From Paraspadella gotoi (Eukaryota; Animalia; Chaetognatha): a stretch of DNA of 64,000 nt. The notes under the pieces were generated by a model. It saw only the letters and a program-made list of their open reading frames with translations, was not told the DNA's origin and ran no database searches. Shown here in pieces: positions 27,913-46,600 of the stretch (positions within the stretch are counted from its first letter, which is position 1; every line of letters starts with the position of its first letter). The translations under genes were made by a program, and so were the position numbers. The stretch is taken from assembly GCA_051294375.1 (NCBI GenBank), contig CM119266.1:25716161-25780160 (forward strand), in the 5' to 3' direction.

Positions 27913-29844
27913 GATTCCAAACGCCCAAGTTGCCCTCTTCCCAAGACGTCCACTCGATCATTCTCTTAAAATCTCATAAATCCTTTTTTTTTCAAAAATC
28001 ATTTAAATCTCTTTCCGAATCTTCCTCACGTCGCCAGGAATTTCTCCCGGCTCGGAACCCGGCTCGGAGCCGGCCGAAGACCCGGACCGAGATCCCGGCG
28101 TTCCGGCGGAGCTCATTTTCTCGCTTAGTCGCTCCGCGTCTTGGCTGACCTTCCGTTTCGTCGTGGTCTCTCCCTTCTTCAAAGTTGTGAACTTTACTCA
28201 CTTCGCTCCTCCCTTTTTTTCACTTCCTTATTTTCCTTATTTTTTCTCCTTCTTTCATTCTTCTCTCTTCTCTTTCTTCCTTATTTTCTTATTTTCTCTC
28301 CTTTCTTTCTTTCATTCTCTCTTTCTCTTTTCTCTTTCTTCCTTATTTCTCTCCTTCCTTCTTTCATTCTATCTTTCTCTTTTTATCGTTTACTTACTTT
28401 AAGCTCCCTACTTCCCCCCGTCCCTTATCTCCAACTTTCTCGCCTTACCTTTTCTGGTTTCCTTTCGCAATTACCTTTCTTCCGTTCGCGCCTTACTTTT
28501 CTCGTTCGTCGCCTCCGTTTCTCTCTCCACGCATCTTTTTTTATTTTTTCGCTTTAGACAACCGGGTCCAGTGAGTCACCTTAAGGGGAGCAACAGTATT
28601 TTTAACCTCGACGCTCTTTTCTATTTACGCCTCGACGTCAGAGAACTGCCGCCCACTCGGAATCTCTACTCCTCTTATTCTCCGCAACTCGGATTATCCG
28701 CTTCTCTGATTCTCCGCCTTCTCTGATTCTCCGCTACTCTCTCGACTCTCCACTCCTCTTATTCTCCGCTTCTCTGATTCTCCGCTTCTCTGATTCTCCG
28801 CTACTCTGATTCTCCCGCTTCTCTGATTCTCCCGCTACTCTGATTCTCCGCTCCTCTGATTATCCACTTCTATTATTCTCCGCTACTCTGAATACTTCGC
28901 AATTTGCTCTTTCTATTTATCGGTCTCCTCCTATCAGTCGCGATGTTGCCCTCTTATATCCACTTCAACTTTCCATTTTCCTTCCCTACCAGTGTTCCCC
29001 ATTACCCTTCCCAATCTCACCATCTCCTCACCTTTCTCCTTCATCATCATCACGCATTCTTGTCGGTTTCCAATCTCAGTTCATACTGCGCGGAGAATTT
29101 TCGTCGGAGCCCCGACTACGACAACGGCGACGACGAAGACTACGATTCGTCCGTAACCAAACGAAGGGATTTCCTGTTTTGACGTTTCTTTGATTGCGAC
29201 TTAAATCCGATGTCTTCTTCCTCAAAGCATAATTTTGCGGTCAGACTTCGTTTCGCTTGCGCTCAATGTATACTTTTGCGGTGATTAGCTACTATGAATG
29301 TACTTTACCAATATATTACCATTCATTTAAAGCTTTTGCCTGACTGGACAGGCTTGGTGAAGGCCTCCATCTCTTCAAGATATGACATCAGTCTCAGCTC
29401 ATCTACTTCTCACAGTCTGTTATTACTCATACTGCCACAATGAGTAAATTTAATTTCAATATAAGACACTCTTAAGTATTAGATCGAATACTTATTACGC
29501 ATAGTAATACAGGAGTGATTTGTACAACCATTAAAATTTCATATAATAAGCTATCGCCTGATTTGGCAGCTGCATGCGTATACAGCTCTCTACCATTTAA
29601 AAAATTACAATAGATATCAATAATACGTCAACAACAATTGCATAAACAAAAGAACAAAAACAAAAAAACTGACTAAACTAAAAGAAAACACTTAAAAACA
29701 AGGAATCCGCGCAACCGAAGCGATAAAATAAAAAAATATAGAGAGAGAGACACACAAACGAAAACGGGTCGGGAAACTGTTTGCCCTCCACCGACAAGAA
29801 AACTCGTTCTTCAAAACAAAGACTATCTACGTAACAAAAACTGC

Positions 29845-29919
<75 letters not shown>

Positions 29920-30409
29920 CTCCTCAAACCCCTCCTCCTCATCCACCAGCTCTCACGTGTCTTTTCGCACATAACTCGAGATCCATAAACTTGGTGATTT
30001 CCATGACGACCTTGCATATTCCGGGAACGAGAGCGACGCTGTGAAACGCTATGCAACGCTGTGCCACGCTGCCGGTTCCATTGCTTCGCGAAAAATTTTG
30101 CAGCGAAAACAGAAAAATCTTTGTTTCGCTGTCAGCAGGAATTCGCTAAGACGAAGATGAATACGGAAGGAAATCTACCAAATTTATTCGTTAAAATGAA
30201 TTGAAATAATTAAAACAATAATGTCGGTCAGAGAAAATGTTGAGGCGCTTCGGTTGCTTCGCGGTCCACTTATCTCTCTATCTGGCATTTTCTATTTTTA
30301 TTTAAATAAAGATAAACTCAAAATTAGCTCTCAGCTTGGAAGGCGTAAGTTAAAAGTTCTGCGAGAGAATGCGACGTGCGCTTGTCTGTTTGAAATTCAA
30401 TTGAGGATA

Positions 30410-30490
<81 letters not shown>

Positions 30491-31909
30491 ACCTCGTCTA
30501 GTTCAATCCGTTTGCTGATGAAGCGCATCATAAAAACTTGAGGCTGAATAATTGATGACATCCAAACAAAGCTCATTACGGTTGGAGTAGTCTTCGTCGT
30601 CGTCGTTGTCGTCGTCCAGTCGTCATCGTCCTCTCCTTGACTTTCGATTGAAGCAGAAATTCGATTGAATATCTCTCTCTCTCTCTCTCTCTCTCCCTCT
30701 CTCTCTCCTCTTTTCTCTTACTCATTTTAATTTAAACTTCGGACGAATCCGCTCTCAGCCGATGGAACATTTTTATATTTCGAATTAGATTTTCAGACAA
30801 GAGTGAAATTACATCCAATTAAATTTATTGCGACTTTTTATTTTTTCGCTCCAAAGAAGTTTATCACTCTTCGTCTAATGGGGCAAAGATAGAGTGAGAA
30901 TGAGGCGGTGAACTGAGTGAAGAAGAGGTGTGGAGAAAGAAATTGTGAATTGGAGGACGTGAAATGACTAATCAAAAGACCAGTAATTTAAGAAATGCAG
31001 CTCTTTTTCAATTTTATCTTAATATTATCCCTTATTTTTAAATTTTCTACAGGACTCGAACCCTGTGAACCTTCTTCTCGCACAGTTCTTAGTCAAAACA
31101 CGAAAGCCTCGATGTCCTTTTGTTCCTGAAAACAGAAAGCGCATCTCTCGCCCACCGCTTTTGGTAACCTCCGGCGTGTCCGTAGATGTGAATAGCGGCG
31201 CTGATTCTGTGATTAAACTCTATCCTCCGCCTCGTTGCCCTAGATTCGGCGCCATTTCGCGCCGGCGTTCGCGGCGCCTCGGTTGTTCTCGGCGTCGTTT
31301 CCGTTGTCTATATACGCTTTCGTTGTTGTCGTGTAACTTTTCATCGTCGTTGTTGTTGTCGCTGTTATTGTGCTTGCCTTGTATGTTTGTTAGGATTTTA
31401 GTCCATTATTTTTTGGACTTTCAAACGTTGCCCAGAAAATTACTTTAGCCAACGAAAATTTGTTTATTATTAAAAAATTTTATGTTTTCCTATTCTAAGT
31501 AGCAACCTCGACGCCTGTCATCAAATCCTCGACGCCATCGTCTTTGTCGACTTCTTATCTCCGTCAACCTTCGTGAATCATGACCTTCATTGTCATCTTT
31601 TTTTTTCTATTTTCTCTTCTAACTCTCTTTCCTCTCTGTCGTGCTTGTCTTCCTCCGTTCTTCCCTTTTGTTTACATCTAAGTTCTTTCTCGAAGAGATT
31701 ACTCCGCCATCTCTCGTCGAACAACCTGTCATGGCCGTCGACCGCTCGGCGCGCTCGTCACGATCGGATTATCGATAACACCGGTGATTCACCGTCCGGT
31801 GAAACATTGTTGTTGTTGATTTCTGCTTGAGCTTGGTTGGCAAACGCTTCTTTGTATTCCCCGTTCGTGTTAACTGTCTAAATAACGGAATAACCGAGTC
31901 ACGTAAATA
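24653..31909 (-). repeat. Inverted copy of block A (right arm)
   Basis: For example, ORF 21317..21544(-) matches 27428(+), and 19785..20054(-) matches 28904(+). The arms are separated only by an N gap, a (GA)n tract and ~70 bp. Confidence 0.95.
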
Positions 31910-33269
31910 CTCTCTCTCTCTTCCCCCTTTGTTGTGTAAGAAAAGAATAAAAAGTCGCGTAAATGAAAACAAAAGCGCATCGAGGTCGACACCAATTTTC
32001 CCCGCAGTCGGAGCGCGTAGAGACGGATAGAGGGAGCGGATTCGGGGGTGGCACCGGTTCGAAGAGTGGTCGGAAAGAGAATAGGGTGACCGGGGTGCTT
32101 TTGAAAAGAAAGGGAGACGGCGAAATAAGGATTTTGTGATGTTATAATGAGCGGAAAGTCAGTTGGGGAATAATGTTTGCCAACTCCAAAGAAAAAAAAA
32201 ACTATATGAATCAATACCCAATACGCCCAAAAAAATAAGTATTTATAAATTAAAACGACTCCGAAGTTGGTTCATAAAAATGAAAATGAGAAATATAAAC
32301 AAACGATTTATTTTACGTTTAGCGTCTTTTCCTACTCGGAATTAGCGGGCGGGACGGACCGAGCGTCCGTGTGGGAGTTTCGGACGGACGGCGTCAAGTT
32401 TAACGGGGCAGTGGGCGTGGCCTTGACGGCGAAGTGGGCGTGGCTTTGACGACTCCCTCAACGATCGTTGGATTGTTTTCAAAACGGCTCTCAATCTTCA
32501 CAACGAGATTCCAACCAATGGGGAACGAAGGCGACGACGACGACGAGTACGAATCAAAATTTTTTGAAGAGTAAAGAACTAATTTTAGATTAAGTAATTT
32601 TAAATAAATATGAAACTGCTAATTTTGCCGGAAACAGATCAGAAGCGTCTGATCTCTGACGAATATGAAATTTTATTAAACTAAAACGAATAGTTACCTA
32701 CATACGCGTTATAAAAAGTAACGTTAAAACAGGTGAGATTTATTCAACTCTATTCACGGCTATATATGCAGACAAAGTGGCGACAATCATCACAACTCGG
32801 GTGAGACATCTGTGACTTTTTGCAACGGAGAGAGACTTCCTTGTACATCGTGAGACGAGTGTCGGTGGCGCCGCCCATCTGCGAAATGTCTCTTCTCGTT
32901 GGGAACCGGAAATGAGGTAGAAAAAAGGGAGGAAGAAAAAAGGAAAAAGAAGGAAGAGGAAGGAAAAGAAATAAATAAAAAATAAGGAAGAAGAAAAAAA
33001 AGGGGGAAAAATGAGAATAAGAAAAATAACAAGAACGGTAATTCAAATGTCTTGCGCCGCGGTGACTGCCTTATCACGTGTATTTCTTGTGACATGACAT
33101 GATATGACAATATATGACATAACTTTCTTAGCCCGTGTAATTATGACAAGCACTGCATTTTATTTGTCTTTTATTTCCTAAAGGAGGCGCTAGCAGATTT
33201 AAGGTTTTTTTTATGTCTTAACAAATGAACAACCAACTATATGAAAGTTATGAGCATTTATAACGTAAG

Positions 33270-33378
33270 TAGGACAGACCGACGGATAGACATACCGACG
33301 GACAGACATACCGACGGACAGTTATACTGACCGACCAAAAAGTAACTTATAGAGTTGCTTCGCGGCGAAACTAAAAAA
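33270..33378 (-). mobile_element. DINE-1/Helentron-associated (HINE)-like terminal fragment
   Basis: The minus strand reads tttttagtttcgccgcgaagcaactctataagttactttttggtcggtc...(gtcc/gtct/gtcg)n: a T-run, a short palindrome, ctctataag and a GTCY-type microsatellite. This is the layout of DINE-1/HINE ends. A shorter copy lies at 33481-33517 and another in B' at ~44930-45045. Confidence 0.5.
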
Positions 33379-34319
33379 GAAGAAAGGAAAAGAAATAGAG
33401 AAGAAAAAGAACGAAAATAAAAAAAGGAGGAAGAAGAAAAAAAATATTCGTGAATTAGATGCATTTTTAATGTAAGTGAAACAGACCGACGGACCGACCA
33501 ATAAGTGACTTATAGAGAAAGGAAAGAAAGGAAAAAAAAGATGGAAAGACGGCAGCGGTTCGTGGGAAAAAGAAAGTGGAGGAAATTTCAGGAATATCTC
33601 CAGACTTTGTTTGCTATTGTGCTTAATTCATGAATTTTAAATTTGCGCAGCGATAATTTTAAACTTAAATCTAAATTCCACCGGGATCGCTGAACGGTGA
33701 TCGGAGTTCGTGGAAAGCAGAAGAAAACAAAGAGAAGGGAGACTAAAGTAAAGTCTAAAGAGACTTTGAAAAGTAAGGAAATACCTAAAAGTAAAGAAAA
33801 GAAAAGTAAAAGAAAAGAGAAAAAGACTTTCGACTCAAAAGAAGACGAAAAGGAAAGAGAGAAATAAACAGCGACAAAACAGAGAGAATTTTTTTTTTCC
33901 TCTTCGTTTCGTTGTGAGGAAAGTGAGTCGAGGCAAAAGAACAAAAATGGAAAAACATGTTTTACAAAAAAAAAAAAAAAAAAAAATACAAAGTGAATGG
34001 AGACGAAACAAAATAGCTGTCTCATGTGAGAGGATCGCTTTCGTTTCTCGGCTTGATTATATGCAGACGATTCTAACCGGAAAGATAAATGTATAAACAA
34101 GAAATTCCTTATTTTTAAATTAAGAAATGCACCTATCATTTCCGTAAAGATGAATTTATAACGACGTCGCGCGAAGCGAGTCTCAAATTTCTTCATTATG
34201 AATTTATCATTTTTTCCCCTCCAGTTTCATGGAGAAAAAAAATTATTTTTTTTTTTACTCTGTCAGTTGCGACGAATCTGAGGAAGAAAAGAGAAACTCG
34301 TTTTTTTTTTCATTTCCGC

Positions 34320-34700
34320 AGCCGTCGTAAGCAGCCGATGCCGCTTTTAGCTGCCGTCCAGCGTAGCGGATGCCACATTCAGCTGCTGTCCAATATAACG
34401 GCCGCCGCATTCAGCTGGCATCCAACATAGCATCTGCCGGATAAGGCTGCCGTCCTACGTAACGGCTTCCATATTTAGCTGCCATCCATTGTAGCGACTG
34501 CCACATTTAGCAGCCGTCCAATGAAGTTGCTTCCGGATAAGTCTTCCTTCCGGATTTAGTTGCCATCCAACCTACATTTAGCTACCCTCCAACGTAGGGG
34601 CAGTTGCAATCAGCTGCCGTTCAACGTAGCGGCTGCCGCATTCAGCTGCCGTCCAACGTATCGGCTGCCGCCTTTAGCTGCCGCATACAGCCGCCGCGCT
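34320..34700. repeat. Degenerate GC-rich 32-bp minisatellite, consensus tgccgcattcagctgccgtccaacgtagcggc
   Basis: About 11 diverged units. Also present at ~46010-46400. Confidence 0.85.
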
Positions 34701-34803
34701 TTGGATTCCCCGTCATAATTTTATTACGTTTTATTAAATGTTAATTTCCAGTCCTTTGATTAAAATATAATCATTCTTTTATTTCAGTTAAATTAACTTT
34801 TGT

Positions 34804-34866
<63 letters not shown>

Positions 34867-35745
34867 TTGAATTTTTTCTCTCTCGGCGAAACACTAAGAG
34901 AAAATTCAATTTTGATGCTCGTTCATTACCTGACCAAAAAAAAAAAATATGAGGAGAGAGAGAAAGAGGGGAGGGAAGAAATATGAAGCAGAAAAAAGTA
35001 TGAAAAGAGAGAAAATGTTTGACTATTTTCTATGCTTCTTGGGTCGCGCGTTCGAGGCGTCGCCGTCCGAAAGGTTCGACGAGAGTTTTGGATAATTAAT
35101 TATTATTATATTTTCATAATTGGATATTGAATGACACATTTTGGTAAACGAGACTAAAAATTAAGTTGACCTTAAAAGAGAGCGGTTAATATTACGAATA
35201 CAAAGTGGTCAAAAGTGATTGACCTGACACAGAGAGAGAGAGGCGAGGCATAATATTTTCTTCAATAGGGAAGAAGAGGGAGAAAGAAGAAAGTGGAGAG
35301 CAGAGGAAGAAATGAAGCGAAATCGAATAGAAATCCAACGCGAAAACCCGTCCGACTTGTGGTTCACCCGCTGATCGCGTTTCGATCACGTGCCGATGAC
35401 CTCAAGATCTCGGGTCGATCGACCATGTGATCAGAATGTAAAGGATGTGAAACATTTTTCTTGGATGTGATGCAGATAACGACGGTGAATGTGACGCGAC
35501 GGGAAACGTCACGCGCTCACTTTTTTAATTCACGTCAAGCGGAAGATTTTTATCACGAAATTTGCATATTTTTTGACGGATAAGTTAGTGTCTATTTTTA
35601 CTATTTTCTTCTGATATTCATAGTTTCCCGTTTCCCTTTCCAGGATCTTCGCCACCATAAAACGAGAAATAAATATTATAATATATTATATATAATATTG
35701 ATAAAGCGAACGGAGACGGCGGCTAAATATCGCTAAAACCTTTAA

Positions 35746-36623
35746 GGGGACCCAGTGATAAAAATGATATCATAAGCTTAAGTCTATCATCAAAGGAATT
35801 TGAATGGTGATGGTCATTAATTTTTCTTTGCAGGGGGAAAGTGGCAAAAAAATTATTATCTCTTATTGTAGCGGAACAAAAATTTAATAATTATGAAAAA
35901 AAATTTAGTTGACCCTACCTAAATATTTATATAATCCATTATTTTATTTTTATATTAGAAAGTATTTTTTACTAAATTCCAATTTTTTATTTTTTACTGT
36001 ACAAAGCTACAATTAGGTTTAAGCCTCATTGACCAAAGGCTTTACAAAGACTAATATTTTTTTTTATATTTACTTAAAAGCAGACAAATCAAACCTAAAT
36101 CTATTCTTACAGAAACAAAACTGTAATAATTATTAATTAATATTTATATTCATCCTTAAATATATTATTAAACTTTATTGTTTCCTAATTATAACAATTA
36201 AAAATTTTGCAAAAAGTACAGAACTTTCTCTTTTTTTATATTATTATTATTACTTCAAAAAGTTTTATTTCCTTCTCAATTAACAGAATCATTTGAAAAG
36301 AAATTGAAATAAATCAGGTCGATACCTTAAATTTTGATTCATTCCTAGTTTTTTTCTTATACATTTTTTAATAAAAGCTGAAAATCTTTTTAAAATTAGA
36401 ATCTTACTTTTTTTTTGAAAAACAAATTTTTAAACTGAAAAAGATTTTCTCTTACCGATTTTTTTAAAAAAAATTAAGCTCGCTGATTTTATCGAATTTT
36501 TTACAACTTTCCCAAATGATTATAGAAGAAAAAATTATATGGTCAGAACAGCTTAAGTTAAAGGGTCAAACGTTATGTTAATCAGCGTGTGTTGAGCGCG
36601 CGCGCGCTGTTCACTTGGTCCCC
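35746..36623. mobile_element. ~880-bp non-autonomous TIR element (MITE) with TTAA target duplication, Kolobok-like
   Basis: Structure is TTAA|ggggacccagtga...tcacttggtcccc|TTAA: a 13-bp TIR with one mismatch plus TTAA on both sides. The interior is very AT-rich and non-coding. TTAA TSDs with purine-starting termini fit Kolobok better than piggyBac (CC termini). Confidence 0.7.
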
Positions 36624-36858
36624 TTAAAAGAGGTTGAACCACCGCGAGATTTGATATATATTTAGCTCGGAGGGTCCAAGGCCGTTTGTACCCTTAATGA
36701 CACCAAAAAAAGATAACTCAATAATTATATTTTATGACTAAGAGCTGACCAACGAGCGATTGTGATATTCTACTTTACCTATCTTAATCACTCTACCATC
36801 AAGCGCTCTCTCTTTCTTTCTTTATTTCTTTCTTTCTTTCAATCTTTCAATCTTTCAT

Positions 36859-36898
<40 letters not shown>

Positions 36899-37076
36899 TA
36901 TATCTTTCTTTCTTTCTTTCCTCCTTCTTTTTTTCACTCCTACTATCCCGAGCCCCGAGGCGGCGTTCCTGCGCTCGCCATTCCTTCCATTAAACGCTCT
37001 CCCCCGGGATTTGGATGGCTAAGTTTATTCATTCAAAGCCAGACTCTCTCTCTCACTGTCTCTTCAAGAGAGAGAT

Positions 37077-43520
<6,444 letters not shown>

Positions 43521-43635
43521 TTCGTCTCCACTCTCCATCTAGATGTGATACTCATCCTCTCTCTCCTCTCTCTGCATCATATCTCTCATCTCTCTAATCT
43601 CTCTCCTCTCTCCTCTTCCTCCATCATATCTCTGC

Positions 43636-46600
43636 TCCTCTCTCTTCCCCTTTGTTGTGTAAGAAGAATAAAAAGTCGCGTTAAATGAAGAGTGAGAGAT
43701 AGCAGACAATTTTCCCCGCAGTCAGGAGCGCGTAGAGAACGATAGAGGGAGGTGGATATAGGGGTGGCACCCGGTCAAGAGTGTCAAGAAAGAGATGGGA
43801 GAAGAGGGTGCTTTGAAAGAAGGGAAGGCCGAAATAAGGATTTTGTGATAGTTATAATGAGCGGAGTCAGTTGGGGATAATGTTGCACAACTCCAAAAAA
43901 AAAAAAACTATATGAATCAATACCGCAATACGCCAAAAATAAGTATTATATTAAAACGATCCGAGTTGGTTCATCAAAATGGTAAATGAGAAATATATAA
44001 CAAGATTTATTTTAGCGTTTAGCCGATTATATTTCATACGAATTAGCGGGCGGCGACGGAACCGAGCGTCCGTGTGGGAGTTTCGGGACGGCGGTCAAGT
44101 TTACGGGGCATGGGAGTGCGCATGCAACGGGAGGATGGTGGACTTTGACGGACTCTCAACGAATCGTTGGATTGTTTTCAAAGGCTTCTCAATCTTCACA
44201 AGAGTCCAACCATGGGAACGAAAGGCGAACGACGACGACGGTACGAATCCAATTTTTAATGGAGTAGAACTAATTTTTAGATTAGTTATTTTATTAAAAT
44301 ATGAACTGCTAATTTGCCGGCGTAAGCGTCTGATCTCTGACGAATATGAAATTTTTTAACTAAAACGAATAGTTACCATCACATACGCGTTTAAAAAGTA
44401 ACGTTAACAGGTGAGATATATTATTCAACTCTAATTCACGGCTATATAGAGACAAGTGGCGACCATCATCACAACTCGGGTGAGACATACTGTGACTTTG
44501 TCAACGGAGAGAGACCTTCGCTTGTACATCGTGAGAACGAGTTGTCGGTGGCGCCGCCCATACTGCGAAATGTCTCTTCTCGTTGGGAACCGAAATGAGG
44601 TGAAAAAAGGGAGGAAGGAAAAAAGGAAAAAGAAGGAAAGAGGAAGGAAAGAATATAAAATAGGAAGAAGAAAAAAAAGGGGGAAAATGAGAATAAGTGA
44701 CGGTTGGTATATTGATATTGCGCCGCGGTGACTGCCTTATCACGTGTATTCTCTTGTGACATGACATGATTATGAACATTATACAAATTTCTTTAAGCCC
44801 GTGTAATTATGAAAGCACTGCAATTTTATTTGTTCTTTTAATTCTCCTAAAGGAGGATGGTTTAGGTATTTTTATGTCTTAACAAATAACAACCACTATA
44901 TGAAAGTTATGAGCATCTTATAACGTAAGTAGACAGACGCGTACGATAGACATACCGACGGAACAGAATACCGACGACAGTTTATACTGACCGACGCAAA
45001 AAGTAACTTATAGAGTTTGCTTCTTCCGGCGGCGAACCTAAAAAAGAAGAAAGGAAAAGAAATAGAGAAAAAAAGAACGAAAATTAAAAAAGAGGAAGAA
45101 GAAAAAAATATTCAGTGAATTAGAAATGCATTTTTTAATGAAATGAAACAGACGCGACGGACCGACCCATAGTGACTTATGAGAAAGGAAAGAAAGAAGA
45201 AAAAAAAGATGGAAAGGACGGCAGCGGTTTCGTGGGAAAAAGAAAGTGGAGGAAATTCAGAATATCTCCAGACTTTGTTTGCTATTGTGCTTATTCATGA
45301 ATTTTAACATTTGCGCAGCGATAATTTTTAAAATCTTAAATCTAAATTCCACCTGGGATCGCTGAGCGGTGATTCGGGCCGGAAAGGTTTTCCGGGGTTG
45401 GGAAAGCAGAAGAAAAACAAAGAGAAGGGAGACTAAAGTAAAGTCTAAGAGACTTTGAAAGTAAGGAAATATACCTAAAAGTAAAGAAAAAGAAAAGTAA
45501 AGAAAAGAGAAAAAGACTTTCAGACCAAAAGAAAGACGAAAAGGAAAGAGAGAAATAACAGCGACAAAACAAGAGAATTTTTTTTTTCCTCTTCGTTTCG
45601 TTGTGAGGAAAGTGAGTCGAGCAAAAGAACAAAATGGAAAACATGTTTTTACAAAAAAAAAAAAAAAAAAAAAAAATACAAAGTGATGGAGACGAAACAA
45701 AATAGCTGTCTCATGGAGAGGATTGCTTCGTTTCTCGGCTTGATTATATGCAGAACGATTCTAACCGGAAAGAGTAAATGTATAAACAAGAATTCCTTAT
45801 TTTTTAAAATTAAGAAATGCACCTATCATTTCCGTAAAGATGAATTTAATAACGACGTCGCGCGAAGCGAGTCTCAAATTTTCTTCATTATGAATTATCA
45901 TTTTTTCCCTCCAGTTTCAATAGGAGAAAAAAAATTATTTTTTTTTTACTTTCTGTCAGTTGCGACGAATGCTGAGGAAGAAAAGACGAAACTCGTTTTT
46001 TTTTATTTCCGCAGCCGTCGTTAAGCAGCCGATGCCGCTTTAGCTGCCGTCCAGCGTAGCGGATGCCACATTCAGCTGCTGTCCCAATATAACGGCCGCC
46101 GCATTCAGCTGGCATCCAACATAGCATCTGCCGGATAAGGGCTGCCGTCCTACGTAACGGCTTCGGCATATTTAGCTGGCCCATCCATTGGTAGCGACTG
46201 CCACATTTTAGCAGCCGTCCAATGAAGTTGCTTCCGGATAAGTCTTCCTTCGGATTTAGTTGCCATCCACCTACAATTTACTACCACTCCAACGTAAGGG
46301 CAGTGCAATCAGGCTGCTCAATCGTAGCGGCTGCCCGCATTCAGCTGGCCCAAACGTATCGGCTGCCGCCTTTAGCTGCCGCATACAGCCGCCGCGCTTT
46401 GGATTCCCGTCATACAATTTTATTAGCGTTTTATTAAATGTTTAAATTTCCAGTCCTTTGATTAAAATATAATTCATTCTTTTTATTTCAGTTAAAATTA
46501 ACTTTTTGTTATTCTCATTCTCTCTCTCTTCCCTCTCCTCTCTTCCTCATCTCTCCTCGGTTCCTCTCTCTCTCGTCTCTCTCTCTCTCTCATCTCTCGT

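Larger units (their letters stand above)
31910..37065 (+). repeat. Block B, copy 1 (copy 2 at ~43636-48925)
   Basis: Both copies begin ctctcttcccc(c)tttgttgtgtaagaa and end ggatggctaagtttattcatt(c/g)aaagccaga. They are colinear with many small indels. Confidence 0.95.
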
